Positions 26,660-41,274 of a DNA stretch of 64,000 nucleotides are shown in pieces; within the stretch, counting starts at the first letter, position 1, and each line of letters starts with the position of its first letter. Location: assembly GCA_964016885.1 (NCBI GenBank), contig OZ024740.1, positions 351,106,001 to 351,170,000 of the forward strand, written 5' to 3'. The notes below the pieces were generated by a model, which saw only the letters and a list, made by a program, of their open reading frames with translations, did not search any database and was not told the origin of the DNA. Made by a program: the position numbers and the translations under genes. The stretch comes from Eledone cirrhosa (lineage: Eukaryota).

Positions 26660-28409
26660 ATATATATTTAAATAATTTCAAAAGCCATATAATGCATTAG
26701 AAAATTATAGGTGTCAAGATAACGATAGAATATTACCTTAGCAAATTTAATCATCCCAAATATTTCTGCGTTTAAAAACCCATTATCAAGGGAGTGCCCC
26801 TGTGAAGGCCTTAAACGGTCACTCCTGCGCTTTCTTCACTAAATATGTGGATGGTATACTCATCCTCACGTCCTCCAAGGAGAATGCCAACAAAATTTTC
26901 GAATCTTTCAACAATGCTGACAATAACATCAAATTTAGCATTGAACATCCCACCGACTCATGGTCCTTCGCTTTACTTGATTTCAGACTGAACATCTCTG
27001 ATAGCGGTGAAATCCGACCCGATTTCTACCACAAAGCGGCCGGTAGGGACGTGTTTGTGCATTACTAATCTGCCCTCCTCAACAGCTCTAAAAGAGGGTA
27101 CATATTCAACGAAATGGCTCCCATACGCAACCAATGCAGAGACGCTGCTAATAGAGCCACAAAATGAGACGATTCCACAGGGTGTAAGAGATTAATGGCT
27201 ATCCAGCTTTATTTTCCACCCCACAACAAAACCCCAGACCCAGAGACCGGACCAACACAAACAACAGTTGCTTCTTTAAGGTCCCACATCTCAGTGAGGA
27301 AACCAACAACGCCATACGCAGCCCTCAGGAGAGAGGGCCACAATATCAAACTAGCTCACTCTGAACCTTCCCTACGAAGATGCCTCTCCACAAGATCTCC
27401 CCCAGCGAGAGCAACGTATGCACCCTACCCAATTGCCCTATGCACAACACTAATTGTTGCCTACGTACCTACGTACTATACAGGCTAGAATGTAACAAGT
27501 GCAATCTATTCTACATAGGCAGCACTATTCAACCGTTACATCTCCGTATTAAAGAGCATGCTAACACAATTTCTCTTCCTTCGGCAAATACATCATCAAA
27601 TGCGGAAACCGGGACAACAACATTCCCACCACAGTCTTAGCTACCGAACGCAGTATAGGCACGCTGATCAAGCAATTAAAACCTGGGATCAATAACCGAA
27701 TGGAAAGAAGTGCTCCTGAATGGCTAATTTAAATTATCCAACGCAATTACCCCATCATTCCAACATCCCACTTGACCGTTATAAGGGACGTTTCATTCTT
27801 TCTTTCAAATTAAATCTACCCCCTCACTAAGCATACACACTTAGACTTACACAAACACATAAATATATCACACACATATTTTCCCCTTTTTATCATATAC
27901 ATATTCGCACACGACTTTCACTACATAAACTTGCACACACATACATACATCTCTCAAATTAAAACTATGCCATCGACACATACAACATATATCACAAATA
28001 TGTTTTCTCTTATATCATATACATATTCACACACGCCTTTCGCTACGTAAACTTACACTCCCGCACACACATACATCTACCTCTCGGCACACTTACATTC
28101 ACGCACACACATGCATATATCAAATTACACATAATTTCACAATGCCCACGCTCGAAATTTTAACATCTTTTCATTACATTTAAATTAAATCTGCCTTCCT
28201 AACAACAACTAATCTCCGACCGATCTTTTAAGACCTTCACGGGGATATTCCCTGGTTAATGGGTTTTAAAACCCGAAAATATTTGGGATAATTAAATTTT
28301 CTATCGTTATCTTGGCACCTTTTATTTTCTAATGTATTGTATGACTTTTAAAATTATTTAAATTTATATCTCCTATTCAACAATGCTTCAAGCAAACTAC
28401 AACACTCTG

Positions 28410-28410
<1 letters not shown>
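26660..28410 (+). mobile_element. 5'-truncated PLE (Nematis/Penelope-like) with an inverted terminal segment
   Basis: KYVDGILI, NIKFSIEHP, ALLDF, CTLPNCP, VLYRLECNKCNLFYIGST..LHLRIKEH over frameshifted ORFs 26802-27640; ~26665-26815 inverted at ~28225-28366; hammerhead TTGATAA at 26754-26793 (-). Confidence 0.85.
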
Positions 28411-28469
<59 letters not shown>

Positions 28470-29074
28470 TGGCAGACACGCACAGGAAAGGACAAATAAG
28501 AGACGAAATGGTATACAAACGATACAAAAATGGCCATATAAGCCAACTCCGTGGTCATCAGCAGCTGAAAGAGGCTTGGACAGTTACAACCCCAATCGAT
28601 TGCACTGCTCTTTCATTCAGGGTTACAATGTCTAGCCAGATAGTTAAACCCTTCCCTGGTCTATTTTATAGGACAAAGAACGAGGTTAAAATATCGTACA
28701 TGAAGAATAAAATAAACAAAACAATAGAAAACCAATCTTACATGAAATTAGATAACAAGAACAAAATAAATAAATATATAATTGTTCGATATTTAAATAT
28801 AATATTGTATGACGAAATACGGATATGTCAGTTAGACTCATAGAGACGAAAACCAAGATATAGTTGCTGACTTGGAGATAAGAATATATGCCTTACGAAG
28901 TAGAAACTGGTGAGCCAGTAGTTAACCACGTCTGAACGGTGAGGTGTCAGCATGTCTAAAAGATGAGACAATAGGGTTACATGTCGGAGGAGAAGGTAGA
29001 TCGTGGTAATAGTAAACATTGTAAATAACTCGGTGATACTAGAAAGGAATTGCATGGCGTCACAAATAACAATG

Positions 29075-29258
29075 CATTGGAAGTATCGGTAGAGCATCAG
29101 TCACCATGCTTTGCAGCATAGAGTTATGGCCCTCTACGTTATGGGTTCAAATCCCGCTGAGGTTAACTTTGCCTTTCATCCTTACGGGGTCGATAAAATA
29201 AAGCACCAGTAACGCACTGGGGTAATTGCTGGCCTTATGCCCAAAAGTAGAATCAATT
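29075..29258 (+). mobile_element. tRNA-derived SINE
   Basis: Same family core as 14217-14402. Confidence 0.85.
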
Positions 29259-29879
29259 ATTAGCAACAGACACAATTAAAATCAGGCACAAGCACAGGTG
29301 AATAAGGGACGAGATGGTATATAAATGATCCGCTACCTACCCCTTTTTTCGGTCACTTAACTCTACTGTATCTCGTTATTTCGACTTGGTGACATGCCAG
29401 AGATCAGCCGAATGACAGGAGCTCTTTATGGGGGTAAACGGATTAGTTGGAAATATGGCTTCTCCGATTACACCGAATAACAAACCGTGGACCAAAAGTT
29501 AAATGTAGTGAACTCCACAAAAAACTTCAGACTCTTCAAATGACTCCGAAAATGTTAATGCTCCTTTCTCTTAGATCTGTAAAATCAACATAAGATCCTA
29601 TAACAAATATTACTACGACCAAGCAATAAGGTGTCATGGTACAAAGGCCGAGTGAATTTCCTACTCAACAAAGTAATTATCATCATCAAAAAAATCCACA
29701 CCATGCCTGATCTAGTTGCCGACCTGGACTTGAAAATATCAAAGAAGTTGGAAATTAAGTATGTTATCTAAATATAATCAACAAGATCTGAAAGTACACA
29801 AGATGATTGGAACCATAAAAATGAAAAAAAAACACGTCAATCATCAGAAAACCTGTTAAACCATTATAATGGGAAACCT

Positions 29880-30965
29880 TAATGTTATAGTGAAAGAAAT
29901 AACAGAGAACAAGACTTAATAATTTTCTGTCCATCAAAATACCTATAAATAGCTAATATCATGTTTTCAAAAAAAAATAAAAAGAAGCAGGAAAATTTAA
30001 CCACGAAATAAACTACAATTAGATCGATTACATTATAACAAAACAAAACAAAACGAGACATCTTACAAATCTTTGAAATAATTAACAATGATGGAAGTAG
30101 CAATGACAGTATTGTAAAGGCTAGCTCCAAATGGCATACATACGAAAGAAACTATTCCACTCCTAAAACAAACCAATCAGAACCGACAAGTAACTATTCG
30201 ATCATCTGCCCTGAAAGCCACACTAACTACACAGCATCTAGAAATGGCAGCATTGAAACTTTACACACCAATCTAGTAAAATATTTCACTGAAATAATTG
30301 GAAAATAAAAAAGGAGATAAAACAACAACAATCTATCGTTGGAAAACCAACATCTGATGAAGAGATGAAAAAAACATCTCGCGTTAATCCACCTACAGAC
30401 AAGATGGAAACAGCAAAATTGAATAAATACATAGGCAGAAAATAAAAGAAAATACTACATGAACATCATGGGAACAGCAATTCAACAATGGAAAGTATTT
30501 AAATTTGCTGAAACGAAAGTAAGCCGAGGGAAAGTTTAGAATGATAGTTTTAAAATAAGATTGAACTATTACTGATTGCAGAAATAGGATCATAACAAGA
30601 GCAATAGAATTCTGCCAAAAGCTATGTTCAAGTGACAAAAAAAAAAGCAGAGGCCTAAAGAAAAACAATGTTAAAGCCCCAGCAGACTTCCACTTTCCAA
30701 AAATTACACCATACAAACAATTGATGAGATAAAAGCTCCAGGACAAGACAACAAAACACCTAATATCTTAAACAATATAAGATATAGGAAAAATTATCTT
30801 AAAGCAACTCGTCAAACACTTTACTGACTGCATCAAGCAAAACAAAATCTCCGATGATTCGAACAATACAATAATCATTCAGTTTCACAAATAAAAGAAA
30901 AAGGATAGAAAATATCTAAACATGTACCCAGCTATAAGATTACTATGCGTTATATACAACAGCAT
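29880..30965 (+). pseudogene. Highly decayed RTE-like LINE fragment
   Basis: Remnants resembling KAPG.D, IPDD.NNTIII and KKD..YL....PI.LL upstream of the RT core; many stops. Confidence 0.4.
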
Positions 30966-31183
30966 CAATGTGTGTGGTTCAATGGCCAGGATGTCCTGCT
31001 CGTGATAGTAATGTTGTGAGTTCGGACTCCGGTGACGCATCATTTCATATAGCCACATTCCACTTAGCTGTGCAAAACGTAAAGTATATTTGTCGTGTGA
31101 AAGGTAAACAGAATTAGAGAGTAAGGCCGAAGGTTTCATGTGTGCGTATGTGTGCACGTGCGCATCTGAGTGTATGTATTTGT

Positions 31184-31229
<46 letters not shown>

Positions 31230-31234
31230 TTATA

Positions 31235-31425
31235 TGTGAATCCCGAGTTCAATCAGGGGTAGTCACAGTAAGTAAGGTACTCGATACATTAGTAGAGTGT
31301 ATACAATAAATTTAATATAGAAATTGCTTCTACTAGAACTGTTTCATTCGAGAAAAAAATCATTGTTTCCTGATGATTTACTTCGAATGAAACAGTTCTA
31401 GTCCTGTAGAAGCCATTTCTATATT
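31235..31425. mobile_element. Short palindromic PLE-type element (relatives at 10-220 and 51103-51275)
   Basis: Inverted TAGAACTGTTTCATTCG / CGAATGAAACAGTTCTA arms and shared ACTCT..TATYGAGTAC tail. Confidence 0.65.
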
Positions 31426-32599
31426 CATTATTTTATATTTATTTATATATAGGTAAATATATATTTTCGTGTTATTTCAAATTTCATTAGAGCAGCAGAA
31501 TTCAATATCTAAACAAAGAAAAGTAATCTACATTTTCGATAAGCATGACAGTAAATAATCCATTAAATACATTCACATTTTCATTTTAAATAACCACTAA
31601 AAATCATGATCTTGCTTAATACCTATCAAGCCGTGACCACCACCATTCATTTAACAGGCGCGATAATAACACGACGTATATTATATATATATAACTGCTT
31701 TGTTATGTTTAAATGATATGATAGGAAGAGCGGATGAAAGTTAATTTTATGGTTGTTTAGTTCGGTAGTTATAATAAATTTCACTGTTTTAGTAAATACT
31801 TGTCTAAGTTGCGACAGTTTGTAAAAGTATCAGACCTTGCATTTAGTTAATTAGTAGTATTATGAAAGTTTTTAGCTGTACACCAAAAGCATATTTTATT
31901 ACCATCCATTTAAAGTCTATTTTTCTCAAGGGACTTCAATATCAGTAGCACGTTTTTTCAGAGTGACGTCCTTTTTGTATATATTTTCCCTCGTATAAAT
32001 GTAATGTTTACACATTAAATCATGATTTATCATAATAAAGATGTCTTTGGCGTCATATGATGTCATATGACGTCAGTACTTTTACATGGCAGCTGTCCTC
32101 AGTTATTTTAACAGGTTTGTCATTAATCAGGTTCTAATATAGGTAGTGACTGCTGTTCAATTGTTTTTGTATGATAACAAAATGTGTGTCAGTTAAGGAA
32201 AGGAATACGATGGGGTATCATAATTTTTCGGATTGATTTTTTGCCCGCATTTGCACATTAGCAATCGGTCTAATGCCCACTTATGTGAGTAAAACAATCA
32301 AAATCTGGAAGACACCTTTGTGTAGCTTGGTACTTATCTGTTTACCTGTAGCTACCAACGATTCAAGATCTTGCTGTTTCAACCTAATTTCGTTGCTGCT
32401 CTTTTGATATCTGCGTCACAATAAGACGTCATTCCCTCCCGTATAAGCTGTATACAGCGTTCGAATGAAGAGGATCATGTGGTATTGAAAATTATCATTT
32501 CAACTTGTATTGCTGCTGTTCAGTGCTGATATATGTACTAGCTGTAGGTAATCTAACTGGGTTTCCCACATCCCTCCCACTTTCTTTAGTAGAGTGACC

Positions 32600-33400
32600 C
32601 CTAGCCGACTGGTATAGTTGAAACTACTGTTGGATATGTTTCTAGCTTCCTCCTATCAATCGATTGAAAAAGGTGAGGTGATCGTCTCCCAGTTACATTG
32701 CAGTTGGGCGGAGGAATTTCACCAATTTGGGTATTGTGAACTGGTTGTTCTGTATAACATAAACAGGATGTAATCTTCAGAAGTTTCAATTATTCCATAA
32801 TTTGTGTCATTTCTGTATTTATTTTGGTTAGAGAGATGGTGACTAATACAAGTTACTGGGATGGAAAATCTGAGAAATTCAAAATCCTCGTCTGGCGCTA
32901 AATGAATATCGGGTGACTTTTGATTTCCTCTCTATACTCTGTCATGTAGACTAGTTAAAATTTGTATGAGTTACTTCCTAACTAGTACTATCATGACATG
33001 ACTAAACAGTGAGTGAGTGACAATAGAAGGCAGCTAATTGATGTTGCCGTCGTCCAAATATCCGACACAGAGGCGCTTGTATTATTTTAGCTATTTTGTT
33101 AATACCCAAAGTGAAGACTGTTGTCCGACCAGATCTCCTTGTTGAAGTTCACCTGCCGAAAGTGTAATGTGATCATCATATATTCAATAAGTAAAGAGTG
33201 GGTGTTGTAGCTTTAACATGGGGCCTAATTCTAGGATATCGGCAAGAGTAGTCGACAGGAAGCCATCTAAAGTTTAAGTATTGACTCTTTATATATAATG
33301 AAGTCATCGTTTTCGTAGCACCTAACAGCATCTCTGCACCAACCTTCAATATAGATTTCACGTTTAGAACTGGGATTCGAGACGCCCAGGCAATTTCTAA
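32600..33400 (-). pseudogene. Decayed CRE-like non-LTR RT fragment
   Basis: ELQQGDLVG and LDDGNI remnants resemble the QQGDPLG and YLDDG motifs. Confidence 0.35.
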
Positions 33401-34075
33401 ACTTTCCTTCAAATCTCTTAAGTCTTTAACAATTGTCTGTCAGAGGACCTACAAAAACCTTTTCTTTAATCTTGGCATCAGTGATCCGAAGAAAGTTAAT
33501 TGTTAAGTATATGATTCCTGTTTACGTATTATCCATTAATTTAACAATTTTTTGCGTTAGTCCAAGCTTAATGTGCAAAAGAGGAAGGAAGAGGTAAACC
33601 ACTCAAAACACTTTTATAGCTGAATTGTTCCTAGTGTTCTACACATAAAAATAATGACATTCAGATCTTCATAGATATTCCATTTAGATTTCAGATACCG
33701 ATCTTTTCTAAAAGCAACTTCATGTAGTCATATGATTCTTTCATGTTTATAGCATATGCAATAGGTGCAGAGAGAATTTATTTTCGTTATCAATAAGGAC
33801 GACTTTCAAGATCACATTTGAGGAACCAACGAACATTCGTGCACAACCATGTTATGTTAAGGGCCTCCATGACTCATTTAACACGTTTACAAATTTACAG
33901 CTATTTCTTCATTCTGTGAATTCACTATTTTAGATCACGTTATTCATAGCAGAAGGGATTAACATGATTCAGACAGTTCTGCAGCATGTAAAAGCATTTA
34001 TACGAAAACAACATTGGTGCAATACATACTTGTTGTAAGGAGTGTGGCATTTACATGCAGACTGTTTTACAGCTG
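33400..34075 (-). pseudogene. Chapaev-like DNA transposase fragment
   Basis: LPLLHIKLGL, SDAKIKE.VFVGP, LKVVLIDNENK..APIAYA.NMKESYD.MKLLLEKI. Confidence 0.6.
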
Positions 34076-34163
34076 CTCTACACACAATCAATAAGTTCAG
34101 GTCTTAAAAGGTCTAGAAGAATAGATTGTGTTTATTTTACTTATCTTAATAATTATAAACACA

Positions 34164-34233
<70 letters not shown>

Positions 34234-34266
34234 TGTGTTTATAATTATTAAGATATATATATATAT

Positions 34267-34377
<111 letters not shown>

Positions 34378-34413
34378 ATTCACAAGAATCAAAGCTATGT
34401 TCAAAACATTTAT

Positions 34414-34462
34414 TCACTTACAATTGTTTCTTCCAAACCTAGGCTTGGAGTCTTCGGAGCAA
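34414..34462 (-). ncRNA. Hammerhead ribozyme, U4C core (relative at 58445-58493 +)
   Basis: TTGCT CCGAAGA C TCCAAGCC TA GGTTTGGA A GAAA CAATTG TA AGTGA. Confidence 0.7.
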
Positions 34463-35319
34463 TTTTTAATGCTTGTACATATACTTGACTTCCCAGTCGA
34501 CGCAAGAGACATACAGATACATATATATATATATGTATTGATGTACAGTGTGGAGCGGCATACATTATACTATACTATATTTGTATAGTAATTCAAATTA
34601 AAATCAAAATTAAAATCAAAATCAAAATTAAAATACATGCGAGAGATAACACAGATAATGCAGGAGAATAGTTCAATAATCAGATCTAGTAGATAGTGTA
34701 TGCGTTAGTCATACATGGGGCATGCAAATGTGTATCATTTATATAAGAGTATTGTGTGGCAAGGTATTACATGTAATACAAGCACTTTAAGAGGGAAAGC
34801 AAGAGTATTATGGTGGTTGCAGTGGGAGGGGGGTGTACAGATCAAATTAGTATGTGTGCAGAAAAAGAAAGTTATAGTTTTCACATCCACCACCATTTTC
34901 ACATCCAGAAAGAGGAAGTTATAGTATTCACATTCATCACATATGTTACGATGTATTCGTATTGAATACATCGTATTATGTAAACCACTGTAAATTCTCG
35001 CATATAAATATGGATTATATATCACTGAGCTTCAATACGTTACAGTCCTTTACTACAACAAACATTCAATACGAATACATCGTAACATATGTGATGAATG
35101 TGAAGAAATGTGTACATACCGTAATTATATCTCTACCATGGTTTCATCCGTATTTTTAGACATCCAATTAATAGGAAATGTCCGGAGTTCGGATTCATCA
35201 GGAGACAAACTCAACATTAGACACTTAGTTTTCCAAAGTGATCGTGCCAAAATTAGATTCAAAAATGACTAAGAATATATATTTATATATATATATATAT
35301 ATATATAGGAAAAAGTATG

Positions 35320-35950
35320 ACCCCGCCGGCAGAGCTCAAGCCGTTTCGACGGCTAATTCTGGACTAAATGAAAATTTTTATCCTGGTATATGAATAGCCG
35401 AGCTTCTCACGGGTAATTCCATATATGGTAAAAGTGATTGTCACAAGGATTGGTCAAAAGTTTGTTGTTGAGACATAATAATTCTATCATGGCAATTTGT
35501 GGAGGGAAGGGGTAGCTTAACCTGCCAGTAGAAGAAAGTGGGAGAGGGGGTGGAGGAAGCCCAGTCGTGCGTTGATAGTGCCAACTACAGCTGGGCAGGA
35601 GGTCAAAGAAGATACTAGTGAGGGGGAGGGGGAGGAAGTCGAAACAATAAGTAAAACAATATGGGGTAAATATATAGAAAAATACCATGATAGAATTATT
35701 ATGTCTCAACAACAAACTTTTGACCAATCCTTGTAACAATCACTTTTACCATATATGGAATTACCCCCTGAAAAGCTCGGCTATTCATATACCAGGATAA
35801 TAATGTTCATTTAGTCCAGAATTAGCCGTCGAAACGGCTTGAGCTCAGCCGTCGGGGTCCTACTCGTTCCTATTACCCACTCTACTACCCTAAGTATTGA
35901 GTACTTTGGTGCGTTATGGTCCACCTGGTTCCTTACCACATTTCCTTCGT
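35320..35950. mobile_element. Non-autonomous PLE with inverted arms, same family as 13310-15250
   Basis: ~35320-35489 is the reverse complement of ~35685-35857; hammerhead cores mutated. Confidence 0.8.
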
Positions 35951-35956
35951 TATATA

Positions 35957-36022
<66 letters not shown>

Positions 36023-36175
36023 CAAGATGTATGGTAGGTCGTACGTAAATCGCGATGATCACGCCTGACCTACCAAATATGCGACGGTAGCTAGTTAAGC
36101 TCTATGCGTATAAGCAGAGCAGAAATATTAATGAAAAAGAACAAAGGAACTATTATGACATTATAACAAGTTTAT

Positions 36176-36222
36176 TGCCGACAGCCGTTTCGTCCGACCA
36201 TATGGTGGGACTTTTCAAGGCA
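36176..36222 (-). ncRNA. Hammerhead ribozyme, U3-A8 core
   Basis: TGCC TTGAAAA GTCC C ACCATATGGT C GGAC GAAA CGGCTG TC GGCA. Confidence 0.8.
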
Positions 36223-37395
36223 TATAACAGGTGATTGTAAGTTCATTATTTACATCAACGTTTCACTCAAGATTAGCAGTTTGAAATCGTGGTATACATC
36301 AACAGCTCAGCTTGTATATTTGGGGTATATATTCTAAGGGGGCTCTTTTATATTAGTTGTAGGAGTTGTAAAAGGGATGGGTTATAGGGAGTTAAGAGAA
36401 TTTGAAAAGGGCCTAAGAGTTAGGGATTGAAGGTTAAAAATTAAAGAATTTATAAGTTACGCATTAAAAGTAAAAGACTTGGGATCTCGTAAAAGCACCT
36501 TAAAGAATCCCTCAATAAGCGCATAAAGCTTATAAGCCCCAATAAACCTAACAAACCAGAAGAGATTAAGAGAATAAAAAAAAATAAAAAAATAAAATAA
36601 AAAGTTTCCTAAAAAATTCCTTCAAAAGAAAAAAAAAATTTTCTAAGAGATCCCCTTAAAAATTTTTAGAAAATTTACGAAGATTTAATAATCCCTACGA
36701 AAGTTCTAAACTCAAAAATTAAAAATTAAATTTAAAAATTAGGGAAAAGAACTTTCAATAAGATTTAACAGGTTAATGATTTAGGGAATCCATAATATAA
36801 AGATTAAGATTTAAGTTAGGATTTCAATTTTAAGAGTTCCAAACCCAGAAATTAAAAAATTTAATGAATTTAAGATTAAGCAATCTTATATATCCAAGAT
36901 TAAAAATTAAAGATTAAGAGGTTGAACATTAAATTTAATTTTAAAAATTAAGAAATAAATAGTTGAAAGAAATTAATCAATTAAAGGTTAATTCAAAAAG
37001 CCTTCAAAAAATCCCTCAGAAAAGGCCCCTTTAATATTTTTAATAAAAACCTCTTCCGAAAGACCCTTCAAAGAATTAAAATTTTAGAGAACCTTTAAAA
37101 ATATATATAAATGAATTGAGGAAAATTACAAATTAAAAATTAAAAACTACGGGATTTGGGAGATCCGAGGAATTTTCAAAGGGCTGCTTCAACAGATACA
37201 ACAACTTAGGTATAATAAATAAAGTATTTTAAGTAATTTAAGTAATCTAATTAAGGAGCAATTCAAAGAGCTTATCAAGTTGGGCAAGATTAAAGAAAAT
37301 GATAAGTAAGCAAAAAGACAATAATTATAAAATGTATTTTTAAGAAGGTATAAAATAGCTTCAGTAATCTAATAATGTATTATCAAAAAGTTATT

Positions 37396-37650
37396 AATAT
37401 AGGATTAACAAAGACATAATAATATATTCCTGCCTAATTAACAAACAATCAATAAACAATTAACAGTCAAGCAAATTTACTCAGGGATATCCCACGCACG
37501 GAAACTTTACACACATACAGCAATATATAGGATTAACAAAGACATAATAATATATTCCTGCCTAATTAACAAACAATCAATAAACAATTAACAGTCAAGC
37601 AAATTTACTCAGGGACATCCCACGCACGGATATTTTACACACATACAGCA
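37396..37650. repeat. ~128 bp tandem duplication
   Basis: ATAGGATTAACAAAGAC...CACACATACAGC occurs twice in succession. Confidence 0.9.
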
Positions 37651-37689
37651 AGATGAACAATACAGGTGACCTTGTGGGTGTGATATCCA

Positions 37690-39030
37690 TTGTGCGCATG
37701 CAGTCATCTGCATAGCTCCAGGCACAGTTGGTCTTGTTGAAAAGTTCCGAGTTCACGAATCAACTGGGATTCACTATCAGCTGTGTGGACTCTCTGGGAA
37801 ATGTACCTGTGGATCAAATAGCTAGTGGTCCGATCGATCTTTTCCATGTAGTTTCGGTCGTGCCAGTTATTAATCCATGCGTGGGATTGCACGCGCTTGC
37901 GATAGATCAGCCTGCCGGTTCTAAATCCAAGGTTTTGCTGTATAGGATATATTTGTGTACATGATATATTGGTAAAAAAAGTCCAGTATGGACTTGACTG
38001 GGGTGGTATATTGCGTCTCTCGCTATTATCCCCTCCTCTCACCAATTCCAAGTTCACACGCGACTGGTCAAATGCTAAGGGCTGTCCCCTCTTTGTTTGT
38101 TGTAGGGGTCGGTTCTATCTTAGATGGTGGTCGTGTTATCCATGTTGCTTCTATATCCCGTCAGTCATGCATATTCAAGACAGATCACGGTATATATGCA
38201 GATATTTGCGGGTATGCTCCGGCGTCTACGCTATCCAAAGGGCCTCTCTTGTGGTATTTTCAAATTCGCATGTCATCTCCCGGTTAAGTCTGCGCATGCT
38301 TCGGTGAATCCCGTGCATGGAATCTTGGGGTATCATATTACACGGGATGACTAGCAGAAAATACATACTCCATGCTATCGCGCACGCGCAGGCCTGTGGC
38401 TACGACCATGTCCAGTCTCGGGTAGTAGCAGACAGCAGGTAGACCAGCAAGACACACCCCTGTTCAAGGGGCACAACCCCTAACTTATCGAGTGGTCAGA
38501 CATCAAGGGAGTCAACTCTCCAAGCCCATTATGTCAACCGTGGTAATATACAAAAAAATCCTTATTAATAAAGAACTAACTCAAAAAAAATCACTATTAA
38601 TAAAGAACTAACTCAAAAAAAATGACTGGGACAGAATGGGGAGGGGGATCTATTGGGGCGGGGGTTTACTAGGGGAGGGGGGGTTGATTGGTTATAGGCA
38701 GGGAACGGCCGCCACATTGGGTGCTCCGTTACTGTTCCCTTGGGCAAATTCCCGAATTTGTTGATATGTATCTCCGACGGTACCTCCTCAGACCAGTCAA
38801 CGTGGATCCAGGCACTTGCAATATCCCGCACCGCAGGCATCAGCTGCCTCCAGGGCGCCCAGAAACAATGCTGCCACCAATCCCAAGTTGGCAAGCGGAA
38901 CACAGGGTCGACTGTTCCTCACCAGAGTCCCCATCGGCAAGTGGGGAGCCGAGGCATCAATGGGGCCGGGGTTACTCAAGAGCACCCTATTCGCCAGCGG
39001 GGCAGCCATGTGCGAGACAGGGTGGGGTCA
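37690..39030 (+). pseudogene. Scrambled Ty3/Gypsy remnants: integrase C-terminal part (~37700-38350) and protease part (~38690-39030)
   Basis: GC-richer segment with weak motif remnants (ISD..S....VDPG; YIP...KGP); no intact ORF. Confidence 0.35.
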
Positions 39031-39033
39031 GGG

Positions 39034-40151
39034 TTAGGTGTCTGGTCTGAAGAAAAAGAAAGAGCTAAGTATAGTATGGGGGCAGGACGAGAAGATTTCT
39101 GACCTCCTGTTGAGCAAGTTAAGTCCTGAGAATACTATGGCATGAGATTCAGTTAGGCACAGGCTACAAAACCTGCTCAACGAGCTATATGGAGGAGCTT
39201 TAGTAAGGCATCTCCAGCTTAGTGTGTAGGGGTTTTTTGCTTGTTTTAAGTTATGTATGTGTCCCGCTAACGACGTGGTATTTTTAAGCTTCTCATTTCG
39301 GAAGCTATTCTGGTGGGCGTTGAATCTCGTCTTGAACTGGTTAGCGGTTGACCCCACATACGTCTTAGTATACGTGTCTGTGGTTACGTTACAAGCATAT
39401 ACTACGTTCTTAATAAGGTAGTGTCCAGCTAGTAGGCATTTGTCCTTCCGTCGGCAATTACACTTTCTAATAGGGTCATGCTCCTCAATCAGGGGTGCAT
39501 GTCCCTCCAAGCGGCCGCGGGGCTGCCTAGTGGGACCGGGTCTATTGCCTGTTATCCCCCCGGGTCTATTGCCTGTTATCCCATCAGTGGGTCGGTCCCA
39601 TGTTGTCGTGTGTACTGGCGTGGTTCACTATTTCGGATGGCCTTAAGTCCCTCTTTAATCTTACTCTTATTGGTCTTAGCTAGGTGGGAGGCCAGATTAG
39701 GGGCTGTCGAGTACGATAGTTTGATAGTATTCTTATTGATGACACTACCGTACCTACTACCTGGGGGGAAGTTCCTATCTATTAAAGAGAAAAACGATTT
39801 GGGGAGGTCTGTAATAATATTACAGTTGAAGGGCGGGTTAAAGAAGGTGCTATCACGTCTTCTATTCCTTCCACTGCGTTTCTTATCCCCTATGCTGCTT
39901 ACCCTCCCTTCATCTAGATTATTACGGGTTCTACCAGGTGTGCTTCCTGGGCTCCCGGTGGTATGTGTATTGGTCTCGAATCTCCTAGACCTCTGGCCCC
40001 CGTTTTCACTGTTGGACTTGCTTGGGGCGGCGTAACGCTTTCCAGCCGCGCGGGCCCTATCCGTGTCTGCATTGCGAATGTTGTTGTTCTTAGCTAAATT
40101 CCTATTGTCCCTATTCATCTTTCTGGACCTCCCTCCATCCCCCATGGACAT
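39034..40151 (-). pseudogene. Naiad-like PLE C-terminal region (thumb/linker + GIY-YIG)
   Basis: RRRDSTFFNPPFN, IKLSYSTAPNL, CNCRRKDKC, VVYACNV...YVGST..QFKTRFNAH, CSLCLTE, LNRRSEIFSSCPH. Confidence 0.88.
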
Positions 40152-40981
40152 ATTATGCGTGATTATAGTGCTGGTTTGGGGCGGTGGGGTGGTGCCGTTT
40201 GTCTTAATATAATATATTTATATGTATGAAGACTGGAATAACAACATCAAACGCAGGCCTCTGTATGAATCCATTACAGTACCTTACAAACGAATGCCAT
40301 ATGATGACTGCGTCATGGTATCATGTGGTAATCTTTTCCCCACATGATTATGGTTAATTATGTAATAAACGAAGTTATGAAATCTAGACTTCGTATTGTA
40401 TTATTGGTGTCTTTAACTCCATTGTGCATCACCCATGCGATACCACATCACAATTAGTAGAATATACGTGACGTCGAGTAATTTTTTTCCTTATTACATC
40501 ATAATTTTGCTGATTGGAGCGACACAATCACAGCCGCAGCTACCAATTAGGAATGGTGCTGTAACATACTTACACACACACACTCACACACACGCACATG
40601 CACACGCATACGCACATGCACACTCCCATACATGCGCACACTTGCGTGCACACACATAGACGCAAGCATACGCACACACACACAAGCACCCACCCACGCA
40701 CACACCCACACACGCACACGCACACACACGTGCACACACACGTGCACACACACGTGCACACACACACACAAACATACATTTACAACTAATACATGCCGAC
40801 TATATATGCTCACTCCACTTTTCTCTTCACTACTCTACTTGTGCACGTGCGTAAGCATACAACACATACACACCCTTATATTAACATACTTTTGCTCATA
40901 GCTTCGTACTTACATGCACACACACTCTTTTACTCACATATATATACACACACTTTTCTTCTTAGCTTCGTACGGACGTAT

Positions 40982-41020
<39 letters not shown>

Positions 41021-41238
41021 TGCTTACGCACGTGCACAAGTATAGCTCCTTTTACAAAACGGTTTTTTCCATTTCAGGTAGACGCGCTCCATCATCTACT
41101 TTTCTAAAAAACAAATCATACACAAAACGCCAGCACCAACAGTTTTGCAAGAGATTTCAACATGAATGGACCTGTTATTTTTATCTAAAGACATTTTTTG
41201 CAATTCCATCCCGCCCGTCTATCTTATTTCTCATCCTT

Positions 41239-41274
41239 TCTTCTGATGAAGGACTAGCGTCCGAAACGTTAAGA
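41239..41274 (+). ncRNA. Minimal canonical hammerhead ribozyme
   Basis: TCTT CTGATGA A GGAC TAGC GTCC GAAA CG TT AAGA. Confidence 0.8.
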
